DNA of 64,000 bases from Halarcobacter sp. (lineage in GTDB: Bacteria > Campylobacterota > Campylobacteria > Campylobacterales > Arcobacteraceae). Below are positions 31,794 to 42,099 of this stretch, in pieces. The notes beneath the pieces were generated by a model, which was given only the letters and a program-made list of their open reading frames with translations, did no database searches and was not told where the DNA came from. The stretch is taken from the NCBI GenBank assembly GCA_963676565.1, contig OY781089.1:1856001-1920000 (forward strand), in the 5' to 3' direction. Within the stretch, counting starts at the first letter, position 1, and every line of letters starts with the position of its first letter. The position numbers and the translations under genes were made by a program.

Positions 31794-31820
31794 AAACCCC
31801 AAGTTTTATACTTGGGATTT
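31794..31820. terminator. Bidirectional terminator
   Basis: CCCAAGT-TTTAT-ACTTGGG hairpin between convergent genes. Confidence 0.65.
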
Positions 31821-31825
31821 ATATA

Positions 31826-32245
31826 TTAAACTATTTTATTAATTACAACTTTGAAGTCTAAATCAGCACCTGCCATTGGGTGATTATAGTCAACTGTTAC
31901 ATTTTCTTTATCAACTTCTATAACAGTAGCTTTAAAAGTGTTTCCATCTTCATCATCTGCTTCTAAAACTAAACCAATCTCTAAATCAATCCCTTCAAAT
32001 TCACTAGCAGGAATAACTTCAGTTAAGCTTTTATCATATTCTCCATAAGCTTCAATTGCAGGAACTGTAAGCTCTTTTGTTTCACCTTCATTCATAGATG
32101 CGATTCTTTCTTCAAGACCTTCTAAAAGTTCACCTTTCCCAAAAACAAACTCAATAGGGTCTGCATCTAAATTACTTTCAATTAAATTATCATTTACTTT
32201 TAACTCATATTGTAGTTTTACAACTTGATTTTTTTCTATTGCCAT
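31826..32245 (-). CDS. FKBP-type PPIase, SlyD/SlpA-like (second copy)
   Basis: G.GELLEGLE, EAYGEYD, VDYNHPMAG.DL.F. Confidence 0.92.
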   Translation of the reverse strand: MAIEKNQVVKLQYELKVNDNLIESNLDADPIEFVFGKGELLEGLEERIASMNEGETKELTVPAIEAYGEYDKSLTEVIPASEFEGIDLEIGLVLEADDEDGNTFKATVIEVDKENVTVDYNHPMAGADLDFKVVINKIV

Positions 32246-32438
32246 ATTAATCCTTAAAAAATATATCTCGTACTATATCAAAATTTATTGTTGTGAAAAA
32301 TTAATATTAAAACTTAGGAATAGAAATTGCAAAATTATAAATAAATTTTATTTTTTTTATAACTTTTTGTGCTATATAGAGGCTATAAAATTTGGATACA
32401 CTCCTTTTTTTATATAATAACACACATTTAGAGGAATA

Positions 32439-33641
32439 TTGATGGACAAAGTAGTAATTATTGGTGGTGGATATGCTGGAATATATGCACTTAGAGAACT
32501 TGTAAAAAACAAGAATATAAAAATAACACTTATAGATAAAAATACATTTCATAATTTACAGCCAGAAGTTTATGATTTAATAGCAAATAAATCAAGTATT
32601 GCTGATGTAACTATTGACTTAACAACCTTATGCATGGGTTATAATCACCCTTATCTAGAATATAAAAATTTAAATGTAAAAAAAATTGACCAAGAAGAGA
32701 AAAAGATTTTCACACAAGAGCAAGAGATAGTGGAATTTGATTATTTAGTTATGGCAGCAGGGACAAGAACATTTTTCCCACCTTCAATCTCAGGATTAAA
32801 CAGTGCCCATGATATTAAAAAACTAAATTGGGCGATGTTTTTTAAACAAAGTTATGAAAATCAGTTATTTAAAAAGATTCAAGATGAGGCAAAAAAATGT
32901 GATGACACTCATATTGTTGTTGTGGGAGCAGGGCTTTCAGGTGTTGAAATTGCCGCAGAGATGGCATACAATTCAAAAATGTTCTTTTCGAGGGGGAATT
33001 TCTCTTGTGATAATTTAAAAGTTTCACTTATTAGTAGCTCAGACACTATTTTACCTGGACTAACACAGGAGTTAATATCAATTTCACATAAAAGATTAAA
33101 ATCTCTGGGAATTAACGTAATAACAAACACAAAGTTACAAAAATGTGAGAATGGTTATGCCTACCTTTCAAATGGAACTAAAATAGAACATTCCTTTTTA
33201 ATCTTTACAGGGGGAGTTGAAGCTTCAAAAGTTACTGAAGAGCTTGATGTTAAGAAAAATGGAAGAGGTCAGATTGTAGTAAATGAGTATATGCAAACAG
33301 ATAAATATGAAAATATCTTTGCTATTGGAGATTCTGCCGAGATTAGAAACTCTAAAGATGAGATAATGCCTCCAAATGTTACCATTGCAAGAATCAGTGG
33401 AACAAATGCAGGTAAAAATATTTTAAATATGATTAAAAAAAGAAAACTTGAAAAATGCAATCCAAAATTAGATGGTATTTTAATAGCCCTTGGTGGTAAA
33501 TATGCAGCTGGTAATATTATGGGATTATTCCATGTAAGTGGAAGATTAGCTTATGAGATTAAACACTATGTATTTACTTCATATCGAAAGCCCTTACTAA
33601 AAACAATAAAAGCTGGATATAAAAAGTTAAAAAAACTTTAA
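32439..33641 (+). CDS. NDH-2-like NAD(P)/FAD-dependent oxidoreductase
   Basis: IIGGGYAG, VVGAGLSGVEIAAE, IFAIGD. Confidence 0.88.
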   Translation: MMDKVVIIGGGYAGIYALRELVKNKNIKITLIDKNTFHNLQPEVYDLIANKSSIADVTIDLTTLCMGYNHPYLEYKNLNVKKIDQEEKKIFTQEQEIVEFDYLVMAAGTRTFFPPSISGLNSAHDIKKLNWAMFFKQSYENQLFKKIQDEAKKCDDTHIVVVGAGLSGVEIAAEMAYNSKMFFSRGNFSCDNLKVSLISSSDTILPGLTQELISISHKRLKSLGINVITNTKLQKCENGYAYLSNGTKIEHSFLIFTGGVEASKVTEELDVKKNGRGQIVVNEYMQTDKYENIFAIGDSAEIRNSKDEIMPPNVTIARISGTNAGKNILNMIKKRKLEKCNPKLDGILIALGGKYAAGNIMGLFHVSGRLAYEIKHYVFTSYRKPLLKTIKAGYKKLKKL

Positions 33642-33688
33642 TCTTAAATAATAAGGAGTCATAAAAGATATTTTAATTAAAATCTTTT

Positions 33689-34630
33689 ATGGTTTCTAAA
33701 TTTTTATTACTAATTTTTATTTTCACAAATATATTATTTGCTTCATTTGAATATGTAAAAATAGGTAATATAGATAGTTATTACAATAAAAAAATCTCAA
33801 ATGAAGAATTGAAATCTTTACTCCTTGAAATAAAAGAAGATTTAGAATTACAACTTCAAACTAATGTTTTTGCTTTATCAAGTACTGGAAAACCAATAAA
33901 TCTAGTTTATGTTGAACCCTCTTTACTTGAAAAAAGAATAGAAAGAAAAATTAATAGACTAAAATCGAAGCAAAAAAAAATAGATCAATTGCAAGCATAT
34001 TTTCCCAAAAATCAAAAAATAATTAATAAAGAAAAAGAGTTATTTAAAAAAGAAAATTCACTTTTAAATAGTAGAATTAAAAACTTCAACTTCTATGTAA
34101 AAAGTATTAATAAAAAAAGAAATATGTCAGGGGAAGAGTTTAAGAAAATAAAAGCAGATATTCTTTCAAAAAAGAAAAAGCTAGATTTAGAAATAAAAAA
34201 AATGAATAGATATAGAGATGATATAAAAAGAAAGGTAAATAAGTTTAATACAAAAGTTAATAGTTTCAACGGCCAAATTAGAGAATACAAAAGACTAAGT
34301 AAAGAGCTTGAAACATTAAGAAGAGGTTTTAAAAAAGTTAAAGGTATGACTTTTGGAGTAAAAGAGATAAACACAAAAACCTATTATAAAAATGGCAAAA
34401 GAGTTCAAGAAAAAACTCAAAAACAAAGAATGGATAAAATAGAGATTTATGGATTTAGTTCTAGGGGTGAACTAAAAGCAATATTAGCCCATGAAATATT
34501 GCATTTAGTTGGAATCCCCCATATAAATGATAAATATGCTTTGATGAATAGTATAATGCAAGAAAATCAGATTAAGAATCTTAAACTAACAAAAGAAGAT
34601 ATTAAAAACTTCAAAGAAAACTTTTATTGA
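33689..34630 (+). CDS. Secreted matrixin-like zinc metalloprotease with coiled-coil insert
   Basis: Signal peptide; HEILHLVGIPH zinc motif and ALM Met-turn. Confidence 0.8.
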   Translation: MVSKFLLLIFIFTNILFASFEYVKIGNIDSYYNKKISNEELKSLLLEIKEDLELQLQTNVFALSSTGKPINLVYVEPSLLEKRIERKINRLKSKQKKIDQLQAYFPKNQKIINKEKELFKKENSLLNSRIKNFNFYVKSINKKRNMSGEEFKKIKADILSKKKKLDLEIKKMNRYRDDIKRKVNKFNTKVNSFNGQIREYKRLSKELETLRRGFKKVKGMTFGVKEINTKTYYKNGKRVQEKTQKQRMDKIEIYGFSSRGELKAILAHEILHLVGIPHINDKYALMNSIMQENQIKNLKLTKEDIKNFKENFY

Positions 34631-34634
34631 TACT

Positions 34635-35705
34635 TTATAACATTTTATTTATATAGGTACTACTAGTTTTAGGTAGAGTATATAGCATTTTCTCATCTAA
34701 AGATAAAAAAGGTATATCAAGTACATTTTTACTCAAAGATGCTATCTTATTAACTCTGCTTATTGCCTTTTCAAGCATCAACTCAACTACATCTGTATAA
34801 CTTAGATTTTCTGATAATTCACAAGCTTTGGGAAAGTAGCTTGAACCTTCAGTCATTCCAGGGACTAAATTAGCTTCAAGGAAAAAACATTTACCCTCTT
34901 TATTTGCTTTTATATCAATTCTTCCAAAATCTCTTCCTCCTAGATTTGCAAAAGAATCATAGGCAAGTTCTTCAACCTTTTGTTTTAAATCATAATCAGT
35001 AATAGGACTTAATATTTCGCTGTTTTCTTTTTTTGCTTTTTCACCAAGAGTTCTTAAACCATTTTTTGATTGTTCTGCAATAATCTCAATTGCATAGACA
35101 CTAATGTCATCATTTTTATTTTTTATTATTGAAACAGTAAATTCTCTTCCATCTAAATATTCCTCAACTAAAACTGGTTCTTTAAACTGTGTATAAAGAG
35201 ATAGAAGTTTATTCTCATACTCTTTAAATGTCTTTACAAAAGATTTATCATCAATACCATTTCCATTTGCTGCATCCCTTGGTTTTAAAAAAAGTGGAAA
35301 TTTTAAAGGAAGTTCATTTTCTTTATACTCTTTTGGAATTGCAGTGAAAAAATCTGCTGTAGGGATACCTTTTCTTCTTAAATATGATTTAGCAAGAATT
35401 TTATTTGAATCAAATTTTAATACATCTTTACTTGATCCGGTGTAATTAATATCATGTTTTTTAAAATAATCACTTAACCAAATATTTGGTTCATTCACTA
35501 ATGGTATATATTTTACAGCTAAAATTACTAATTCAGGCTTTCTTCCTAGTACTTTTTCTAAATCAGACTTATCTTTACAGATACTTAATCTTACTTCATA
35601 TTTTAAAGATCTTAAAGATTTTAAAATACTTTTGCACGCAATTTCTGCACCAAACCCAGTCTCTATTAAGTATTTGTTTGGTGTTGTTATTATTTCTATT
35701 TTCAT
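34635..35705 (-). CDS. Divergent D-Ala-D-Ala ligase-like ATP-grasp enzyme
   Basis: FPLFLKP, LVEEYLDGREFTV, GRIDI, FLEANLVPG; lacks canonical N-terminal GGxSxE. Confidence 0.8.
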   Translation of the reverse strand: MKIEIITTPNKYLIETGFGAEIACKSILKSLRSLKYEVRLSICKDKSDLEKVLGRKPELVILAVKYIPLVNEPNIWLSDYFKKHDINYTGSSKDVLKFDSNKILAKSYLRRKGIPTADFFTAIPKEYKENELPLKFPLFLKPRDAANGNGIDDKSFVKTFKEYENKLLSLYTQFKEPVLVEEYLDGREFTVSIIKNKNDDISVYAIEIIAEQSKNGLRTLGEKAKKENSEILSPITDYDLKQKVEELAYDSFANLGGRDFGRIDIKANKEGKCFFLEANLVPGMTEGSSYFPKACELSENLSYTDVVELMLEKAISRVNKIASLSKNVLDIPFLSLDEKMLYTLPKTSSTYINKML

Positions 35706-35963
35706 AGGTTTTCCTTTAAACTACAAGGGTTATAATGTGAGCAACATCTAGTGCTATTACATTATTATCTAGTAATGATATTAGTTAATATATATTTACA
35801 GTTTTAATGGAATTTAGCTATTAATTAATCACACTATGGTGAATACTATTGCTATTAGAAATACACTGTAAATAAAAGTGTATTATCAGTATGATGTTTG
35901 AACAAATAATTGGGTATTTGTTATTATAGATTAAATTATGGGTCTAAACTTAAGTAAAAGTTT

Positions 35964-36065
35964 TTATTTTGAGTTTTTTTTTGCTTTTTTCTCAGCTTTT
36001 TTTTCTTTTATTGATTTTGCAGGTGCCGTTTTTACTGCTTTTTGGGTATTTTTACCTTTAGCCAT
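35964..36065 (-). CDS. Small Lys-rich protein, 33 aa (not in ORF track)
   Basis: AAAGGAG RBS; MAKGKNTQKAVKTAPAKSIKEKKAEKKAKKNSK*. Confidence 0.65.
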   Translation of the reverse strand: MAKGKNTQKAVKTAPAKSIKEKKAEKKAKKNSK

Positions 36066-36163
36066 TTTGTCTCCTTTATAGGGTTAGTAGTACAGTATAT
36101 CTGAAAAAAAGGAATATAGCTCAATAAATAAAAATTAATTAAAAATGTTTAATAGATTAGTAG

Positions 36164-36191
36164 ACTATAATTCCTAAAAAGGAATTATAGT
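36164..36191 (-). terminator. Terminator-like hairpin after the 36193-36453 ORF
   Basis: ACTATAATTCCT-AAAA-AGGAATTATAGT perfect 12-bp stem. Confidence 0.6.
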
Positions 36192-36192
36192 T

Positions 36193-36453
36193 TTAGTTAT
36201 AAGTTTTTGATTCAAGATTTGGCATTACTTGAAGTAAACCTAAGACAAAGGCATAAAATAAGCCACATGAAAAAAATAGAATACTTTTTTGGATTGAGTC
36301 TAAATACCAAAATGGTTCATTAAAGAAACCAGAAAGTATATATGTAGGCATTAAAAGTATGTCCCCTGCAATTTGTGAAATCTCCCCATGAATTGTCACA
36401 CCTAACATTGGAATTAAAATACCAATCAAAAAACCAATAAGTATACTTCTCAT
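36193..36453 (-). CDS. Small hypothetical membrane protein
   Basis: Hydrophobic 86 aa; GGGGAG RBS. Confidence 0.6.
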   Translation of the reverse strand: MRSILIGFLIGILIPMLGVTIHGEISQIAGDILLMPTYILSGFFNEPFWYLDSIQKSILFFSCGLFYAFVLGLLQVMPNLESKTYN

Positions 36454-36618
36454 CTTCTTCTCCCCTTTGATTAGTTTACTGTCAAATTAATACTAACTAA
36501 TAAAGAAAGATAAAGTCTATAATTTTATAAAAAATTAAGAATATATTTACATAATTATTACATAATTACACACTTTTATAAGTTTTACTTATGATTGAAT
36601 ATTCATATATACTTATAA

Positions 36619-37698
36619 TTATATTTGGTAATCTGGTCTATTATCACCCCATTCAAATATAAAACACATAGGTAATTGGTCTTTTTTATTTAAATATTTT
36701 GCCGTAAAATATCCTGAAACAAATATCGAAATAATTGCTACAAGTGAAGCAAATGCTAGAGTTGAAAGTCCTGTTAATCCTTGCCCAACTGTACAACCAA
36801 TAGAAAGGATACCACCTGTTCCCATCATCGCACCACCAATCATATTATTTCTTACTCTATTTTCACCTTTTGCTGAAGTACAACCAAAACTATATTTTCT
36901 ATTGAATTTTGACATTAAAAAAGCACCAAATACAATACCAACTATTAAACTTATTGAAAAGCTAAGTTCATTTACTTGGTATAACATAAATAGTTCTAAT
37001 GTTTTTGCTGTTGGATAAACAAATGTTATTCCAGCTGGGTCAATCATTCTTTCTATACTTTCATTTCCAATTACAGAAGTTATAAACCAAGCTGCTGCAA
37101 CAAGTAATCCAATTAAAACACCATCCCAAAGGTTTGGTAATCTAACTGCATGTCTCACTAAAACTTTTAAAAGTATTAATAAAACAGCAATAACAAAATA
37201 AATATTCATTGTAAAGTTTTCTAATTTACTTGACCATTCTATTAAAGTAGGGTTATTTATAAATGGGTCTAAAAAACCATTTAATAATCCTCTTGTTGTT
37301 GCAAAAGCAAAAATACCAATAAAGATAATACTAATTAAAGAGTTTTTATCACCTTGGGCAAATTTAATCAAATGTCTATTACTACAACCATCTGCTAACA
37401 TCATACCTACACCAAATAAGGCACCACCAAATATAATTGCAAAATAGTTTAAATTATCTTTGTAATAAACTGTATTAGTTAAGTCAAGTTCAAAATATGA
37501 AGAAACTAAAAATGTAGAGATTATCGCCACAATCATAGCCATAATAACAGAAGCACCTCTCATTGTAGATTTTGTAAGAATATAGTCTTTTATGGAACCA
37601 CTAAAGCAAAATTGTCTTTTTTGTGCAATCATTCCAAAAGCAGACCCTAAAATAAATCCTAATAAATTTACAATTTGATATATTTCTAACTCTAACAT
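36619..37698 (-). CDS. YeeE/YedE-family (thiosulfate/sulfur transport) membrane protein
   Basis: FCF, GGALFGVGMMLADGC, GGAMMG.GG..SIGCTVGQG. Confidence 0.9.
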   Translation of the reverse strand: MLELEIYQIVNLLGFILGSAFGMIAQKRQFCFSGSIKDYILTKSTMRGASVIMAMIVAIISTFLVSSYFELDLTNTVYYKDNLNYFAIIFGGALFGVGMMLADGCSNRHLIKFAQGDKNSLISIIFIGIFAFATTRGLLNGFLDPFINNPTLIEWSSKLENFTMNIYFVIAVLLILLKVLVRHAVRLPNLWDGVLIGLLVAAAWFITSVIGNESIERMIDPAGITFVYPTAKTLELFMLYQVNELSFSISLIVGIVFGAFLMSKFNRKYSFGCTSAKGENRVRNNMIGGAMMGTGGILSIGCTVGQGLTGLSTLAFASLVAIISIFVSGYFTAKYLNKKDQLPMCFIFEWGDNRPDYQI

Positions 37699-37831
37699 TT
37701 TAATCCTTATTAAATTAATACAGTATATTTATGTAGGGAATTATATATCTTTACAATTTAAATATGATGGATTTGTAAAAGTTAGTTTTTAAAATTAAGT
37801 TTAAATAAAACAAAGTAAATAAGTTGAGATT

Positions 37832-38092
37832 CTAAAAATCTTGATTCTCAACTTTCATATCTTCAAGTCCTTCTAAAATATCTAAGGCTTGTTCTTGTGT
37901 TAGTAGATTTTTATCAATATCAATTAAAACTTCATCAAAATAAAGTTTAACTTGTTTCATATAATCTAATTCCTCTTTCAAGGCTTTATTTTTCTTTTTT
38001 GATAATTGAGTTTCTATATCTTTTAAGTTTTCATTTACTTCAGGTAAGATATCTGTTTGAATAAGGTTTGTAAGTTCTTTGATATAATCCAT
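37832..38092 (-). CDS. Hypothetical protein
   Basis: 86-aa helical ORF with AGGAG RBS. Confidence 0.6.
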   Translation of the reverse strand: MDYIKELTNLIQTDILPEVNENLKDIETQLSKKKNKALKEELDYMKQVKLYFDEVLIDIDKNLLTQEQALDILEGLEDMKVENQDF

Positions 38093-38162
38093 TTAATCTC
38101 CTGTTTAATCTTTTTTCATTTTCCGGAATTATATCAAAAGATAAAGGATTTTCTCCTTTATC

Positions 38163-38900
38163 TTATTTTTTCAATGTTTCATCTAATATTTCAGAAAATC
38201 TTTTCCATGAAGCTTTATCTGCTCTTTCATGATATCTATCAGAACCAAACTTCGTAAATGCATGGGGTGCACCACTATAAGTTAACATCTCATGGGTCAC
38301 TTTTTGTGCTTCCATTCTTTTAGCTATATCAGCAAAATCATCCATACTAACTGCTTTATCAGCTGTTCCATGAAATACTACAATCTCACCTTTAACTTTA
38401 GAATAATCTTGACCCTCAGGAGTTGTTAATCCTCCATGAAAAGGAACAAACTTTTTAAGTTCTGCTCCACTTCTTGCCATTTCTAAGATTACAGTACCAC
38501 CAAAACAATAACCCAATCCAACTGCATTATTAGTATTTGCACCTAGTTTTTTTGCTTCATCAAAACCACCATTTATTAAGGTTCTCATTTTTTCTCTATC
38601 TTTATATAAAGCTCCTGTTAAAGCTTTTCTTTTTTCTACTGTATCAGCTACTACACCTTTACCAAACATATCTGCTGCAAAAACTGCATAACCCATATCA
38701 TTTAACATCTCTGCTCTTTTTATTTCATACTTATCTATTCCATCCCAATCATGAATCATAAATACCAAAGGGGCATTTTTTGAAGGACTTGAATAATACC
38801 CTTGATAATCTTTTCCATCTACATTATAAGTAACATATTCGCCATTTGCTAATAAAAAACTTGAAGTTAATAGCAAAGCAGAAACTATTTTTTTCATCAC
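38163..38900 (-). CDS. Dienelactone hydrolase family protein, secreted
   Basis: Signal peptide; GYCFGG, FHGGL, HGTAD, HAFT. Confidence 0.92.
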   Translation of the reverse strand: MMKKIVSALLLTSSFLLANGEYVTYNVDGKDYQGYYSSPSKNAPLVFMIHDWDGIDKYEIKRAEMLNDMGYAVFAADMFGKGVVADTVEKRKALTGALYKDREKMRTLINGGFDEAKKLGANTNNAVGLGYCFGGTVILEMARSGAELKKFVPFHGGLTTPEGQDYSKVKGEIVVFHGTADKAVSMDDFADIAKRMEAQKVTHEMLTYSGAPHAFTKFGSDRYHERADKASWKRFSEILDETLKK

Positions 38901-39027
38901 AACTCCTTTATAATATTTTTAAATATCTTACCTTTCAAAAAATAATTTAAACTTAATATTTTGAGTTAAAATGAACACTTTTTTCACACATAAAGATTGT
39001 ATAATAAGAGAAATGTTTAGGATTGTT

Positions 39028-40050
39028 ATGATTGATCTAATAAAAAAACTACCAAAAGCAGAACTACACTTACATATAGAAGGTTCTTTAGAACCAGAAC
39101 TTATGTTTAAACTAGCTAAAAAAAATAAAATAAAGATTCCTTACAATAGTATTGAAGAAATAAAAAAAGCATATGATTTTTCAAACCTTCAAAGTTTTTT
39201 AGATATCTATTATGCAGGGGCAGCTGTATTAATTACAAAAGAAGATTTCTATGATATGACTTGGGCTTATGTAGAAAAATGTGTTGAAAATAACATTATC
39301 CATACAGAGATATTTTTTGATCCACAAACCCATACACAAAGGGGGATAAGCTTTGAAACTGTAATTTTAGGAATAAAACAAGCCTTAGATGATGCAAAAG
39401 AAAAGTATGGAATCACTTCTCATATAATAATGTGTTTCTTAAGACACCTATCTCAAGAAGAAGCTTTTAAAACATTTGAAGAAGCATTATTATTTAAAAA
39501 TATCATAAAAGGAATTGGTTTAGACTCATCAGAAATAGGGCATCCTCCATCAAAATTTAAAGATGTTTTTAAAAAAGCAAAAGAGGAAGGTTTTGAAATA
39601 GTTGCCCATGCAGGTGAAGAAGCAGATGTTTCATATATTTACGAAGCTTTAGATTTATTAGAAGTTAAAAGAATAGATCATGGGGTTCAAGCTATAAACT
39701 CAAAAGAATTAATGAAAAGATTAAAAGATGAGCAAATACCTTTAACCGTATGTCCAAATTCAAATATTGAATTAAAAGTTTTTAACTCATATAAAGAACA
39801 CAATATAAAAAAATTACTAGATAACAATCTTTTAGTTACAGTTAATTCAGATGATCCAGCATATTTTAAAGGTTATTTAAATCAAAACTATATTAATCTT
39901 GTTGAAAATATAGAATTAACACAAGAGGATATTATTCAACTTGTTAAAAACTCTTTTAAAGCTTCATTTATAAGTGATGAATTAAAAGAAAAATATCTAA
40001 AAAAGGTAGATGAAATTGGAAGAGATTATAAACTACATCAAAATAAATGA
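39028..40050 (+). CDS. add: Adenosine/adenine deaminase (start likely ATG 39028)
   Basis: PKAELHLHIEG, AHAGE, RIDHG, CPNSN, NSDDP. Confidence 0.92.
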   Translation: MIDLIKKLPKAELHLHIEGSLEPELMFKLAKKNKIKIPYNSIEEIKKAYDFSNLQSFLDIYYAGAAVLITKEDFYDMTWAYVEKCVENNIIHTEIFFDPQTHTQRGISFETVILGIKQALDDAKEKYGITSHIIMCFLRHLSQEEAFKTFEEALLFKNIIKGIGLDSSEIGHPPSKFKDVFKKAKEEGFEIVAHAGEEADVSYIYEALDLLEVKRIDHGVQAINSKELMKRLKDEQIPLTVCPNSNIELKVFNSYKEHNIKKLLDNNLLVTVNSDDPAYFKGYLNQNYINLVENIELTQEDIIQLVKNSFKASFISDELKEKYLKKVDEIGRDYKLHQNK

Positions 40051-40468
40051 AAACCTCTCAACATCAGGTCAGCCTACAGTTGAACAATTTAAAGATATAA
40101 AAAGTGAAGGTTTTGAAGTAGTAATAAATCTTGCTTTACACAACGCTTCAAATGCTATAGAAAATGAAGATAAAACTGTTACTGATTTAGAGATGGCATA
40201 TTTTCATATTCCAGTTGATTTTGAAAATCCTAAAATAGAGCAAGCTTCTCTTTTTCTAAACCTTTTAACCTCTTTAAAAAACAAAAAAGTTTGGGTGCAT
40301 TGTGCACTAAACTATAGAGTTACAGTATTTTGTTATCTTTATCATAAACATATTCTACATACACCTTTTGAAGAGATAGATTTTAAAATCTTTGACGAAT
40401 GGACACCTAGTGAGAAATGGCAAGATATGATGAAAACTCCATATGAAGACTTAAATTTACTTAAATAA
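40010..40468 (+). CDS. Tyrosine-phosphatase-like (DUF442-like) protein
   Basis: TSGQP, VINL, HCALNYR (Cx4R loop). Confidence 0.75.
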   Translation: MKLEEIINYIKINENLSTSGQPTVEQFKDIKSEGFEVVINLALHNASNAIENEDKTVTDLEMAYFHIPVDFENPKIEQASLFLNLLTSLKNKKVWVHCALNYRVTVFCYLYHKHILHTPFEEIDFKIFDEWTPSEKWQDMMKTPYEDLNLLK

Positions 40469-40544
40469 AATTAACTAGTAATTTATATAATTTTAGCTAC
40501 CATATCTCCACTATTAAAAGAGATTATTATATTTTGGAATCAAA

Positions 40545-41651
40545 TTGAGATTAGAAACAAAACTAGAAAAATTTAATGAACCCTTATATCTAGAAAGTGG
40601 TAGGATTCTAGAAAAGTTTGAGATTGTTTATGAAACATATGGTGAATTAAATGAAGATAAATCAAATGTTATTGTAATTTGTCATGCTTTAGCTGGAAGT
40701 CATCATGCCGCTGGAAGATATGCTGATGAAGCAAAACCAGGTTGGTGGGATAAATTAATTGGAGATGGCAAGGCAATTGATACACAAAAATATTTTGTGA
40801 TTTGTTCAAACAACATTGGAAGTACTTTTGGTTCAACAAATGCTTTAAGCATCGACCCTTCTACAAAAAAAGAGTACAGATTAAAATTCCCTGTATTAAC
40901 AATTTCTGATATTGTAAAAGCTCAAATGAGACTTTATAAAAAACTTGGAATTGAAAAGGCTAAAGCTGTTGTAGGTGGAAGTATGGGAGGAATGCAAGCA
41001 TTGTGTTACTCTATTGAGTTTCCAGATTTTGCAGAGCATGTTTTTGCACTAGCTACTACAGCTTACACTAGACCTTGGGCAATTGCTATAAATAAAATTG
41101 CCATTGAATCAATAAGACATGACCCAGCCTTTAAAGATGGACATTATGAAAAAGGTGATTTGGAAGCTTCTGGATTACCAGGACTTGCAATTGGAAGAAT
41201 GGCAGGATTAATCGCATATTTAAGTCCAAATCTTTTTAATAAAAAGTTTGGAAGGGATTATGCTAGAACAGATGGTTTATATGAGTTAATGGGTAGATTT
41301 GAAGTTGAAAGATATTTAGAATACAATGCCTATTCTTTTCCTAAAATCTTTGATCCATTGTCATATTTGTATATTTGTAAAACAATGAACATATTTGATG
41401 CAGGTAGAAATAAAGATAAACTTGAAGACTCATTTGAAAAGGTTAATGCTAAACTGCACCTTATATCTTTTTCTGATGATATGCTGTTTTTCCCTGAAGA
41501 GATGGAAGAGATTAGAGATATTATGATTAAAATTGGAAAAGGTGATCAAATAACATATAAAATGATTGAAAGTAAATCTGGACACGATTCTTTTTTAGTA
41601 GAAGTTGAAAAATTTGATCAATATTTAGTTGATTTATTGGAAGGAAAATAA
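40545..41651 (+). CDS. metX: Homoserine O-acetyltransferase
   Basis: CHALAG, GWWD, GGSMGG, GHDSFL. Confidence 0.93.
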   Translation: MRLETKLEKFNEPLYLESGRILEKFEIVYETYGELNEDKSNVIVICHALAGSHHAAGRYADEAKPGWWDKLIGDGKAIDTQKYFVICSNNIGSTFGSTNALSIDPSTKKEYRLKFPVLTISDIVKAQMRLYKKLGIEKAKAVVGGSMGGMQALCYSIEFPDFAEHVFALATTAYTRPWAIAINKIAIESIRHDPAFKDGHYEKGDLEASGLPGLAIGRMAGLIAYLSPNLFNKKFGRDYARTDGLYELMGRFEVERYLEYNAYSFPKIFDPLSYLYICKTMNIFDAGRNKDKLEDSFEKVNAKLHLISFSDDMLFFPEEMEEIRDIMIKIGKGDQITYKMIESKSGHDSFLVEVEKFDQYLVDLLEGK

Positions 41652-41866
41652 TGAGCGAAGAGCAAAAAGAAGAACAAACATTTGAAGTAAAAATCGAAAA
41701 AGCAAAAGAACTTTTGGAAAAACTATCAAATCCTCAAATCACACTAAGTGATTCTTTAGACCTTTATAAAAATGGGATAAAAGAACTAGATGAAGCCCAA
41801 AAACTTCTAGATGAAGCAAAACTTATTTTAGAAGTTGATAGAAAAGAAGAATCTGAACCTTTTTAA
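41651..41866 (+). CDS. xseB: Exodeoxyribonuclease VII small subunit
   Basis: TFE......LLEKL....TL..SL.LYK.G......AQ..L..A.L. Confidence 0.85.
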   Translation: MSEEQKEEQTFEVKIEKAKELLEKLSNPQITLSDSLDLYKNGIKELDEAQKLLDEAKLILEVDRKEESEPF

Positions 41867-41903
41867 ATTAGATAAACTTTCTTCAATGTTTAGGAGAAAG
41901 TTT

Positions 41904-41969
41904 ATGAAAACTATTACACAACTTCATGAAATTGATAAACCAAGGGAAAGATTATATAAATTGAGTTAA
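41904..41969 (+). pseudogene. radC: RadC N-terminal remnant
   Basis: AGGAG RBS then MKTITQLHEIDKPRERLYKLS*; matches the RadC (D/E)xPRE(R/K)L N-terminus. Confidence 0.6.
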
Positions 41970-42099
41970 AAGTAGTACTTAAACCAAACTAATTTACTCA
42001 ACTTTTTCTTTGATTTAAATCAACATTTTTTAACCTAAATCTGCTATTATTATAACCATAGATATGAAAAATATACAACTAATTTACTAAGGATTATGC

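Noticed and set aside
34635..35705. Van-type glycopeptide resistance ligase
   Set aside because: No vanH/X/R/S context, Gram-negative host, and only generic ATP-grasp motifs
40010..40050. Programmed frameshift or fusion between add and the phosphatase-like gene (41-nt overlap)
   Set aside because: Each ORF is complete, the second has its own AAGG RBS and ATG; a simple overlap explains it
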